64,000 nt of DNA. It comes from Octopus sinensis (taxonomy: Eukaryota). The notes under the pieces were generated by a model. That model did not search any database. It saw only the letters and a program-made list of their open reading frames with translations, and had not been told where the DNA came from. The stretch covers positions 28,458,001 through 28,522,000 of the forward strand of contig NC_043003.1 of assembly GCF_006345805.1 (NCBI RefSeq), written 5' to 3'. Made by a program: the position numbers and the translations under genes. Positions 63,980 to 64,000 of the stretch are shown one piece after another (positions within the stretch are counted from its first letter, which is position 1; each line of letters starts with the position of its first letter).

Positions 63980-64000
63980 TAACACACACACATTAATACA

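Overview
AT-rich, microsatellite-saturated eukaryotic non-coding DNA. The SINE families and the (TA)n/(CA)n/(TACA)n/(AAT)n load look like an Octopus (coleoid cephalopod) genome; this is an inference from repeat content. I find no intact host protein-coding gene, and almost all listed ORFs are microsatellite read-throughs. Real content: (1) Ten initiator tRNA-Met(CAU) genes in two clusters. One is a 3 x ~1.7 kb tandem array (38.1-43.1 kb) whose units each carry a convergent +/- pair. The other is four minus-strand copies in a duplicated block (52-56 kb). There is also a decayed relic near 63.0 kb. (2) Many tRNA-derived SINEs of at least three families. (3) Relics of non-LTR retroelements (R4/Dong-like, HERO-like, RTE-like, APE-type), two clear Penelope-like elements (RT and/or GIY-YIG), Helitrons and hAT/foldback MITEs. 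(4) About ten type I hammerhead-ribozyme motifs. One canonical-core hammerhead sits in the tail of a Pol III tRNA-headed SINE (23.4 kb), and one sits in the loop of a 370-bp foldback element (54.4 kb). These two ribozyme-bearing non-autonomous elements and the tRNA array architecture are the most interesting items. All alignments and folds were done by eye.
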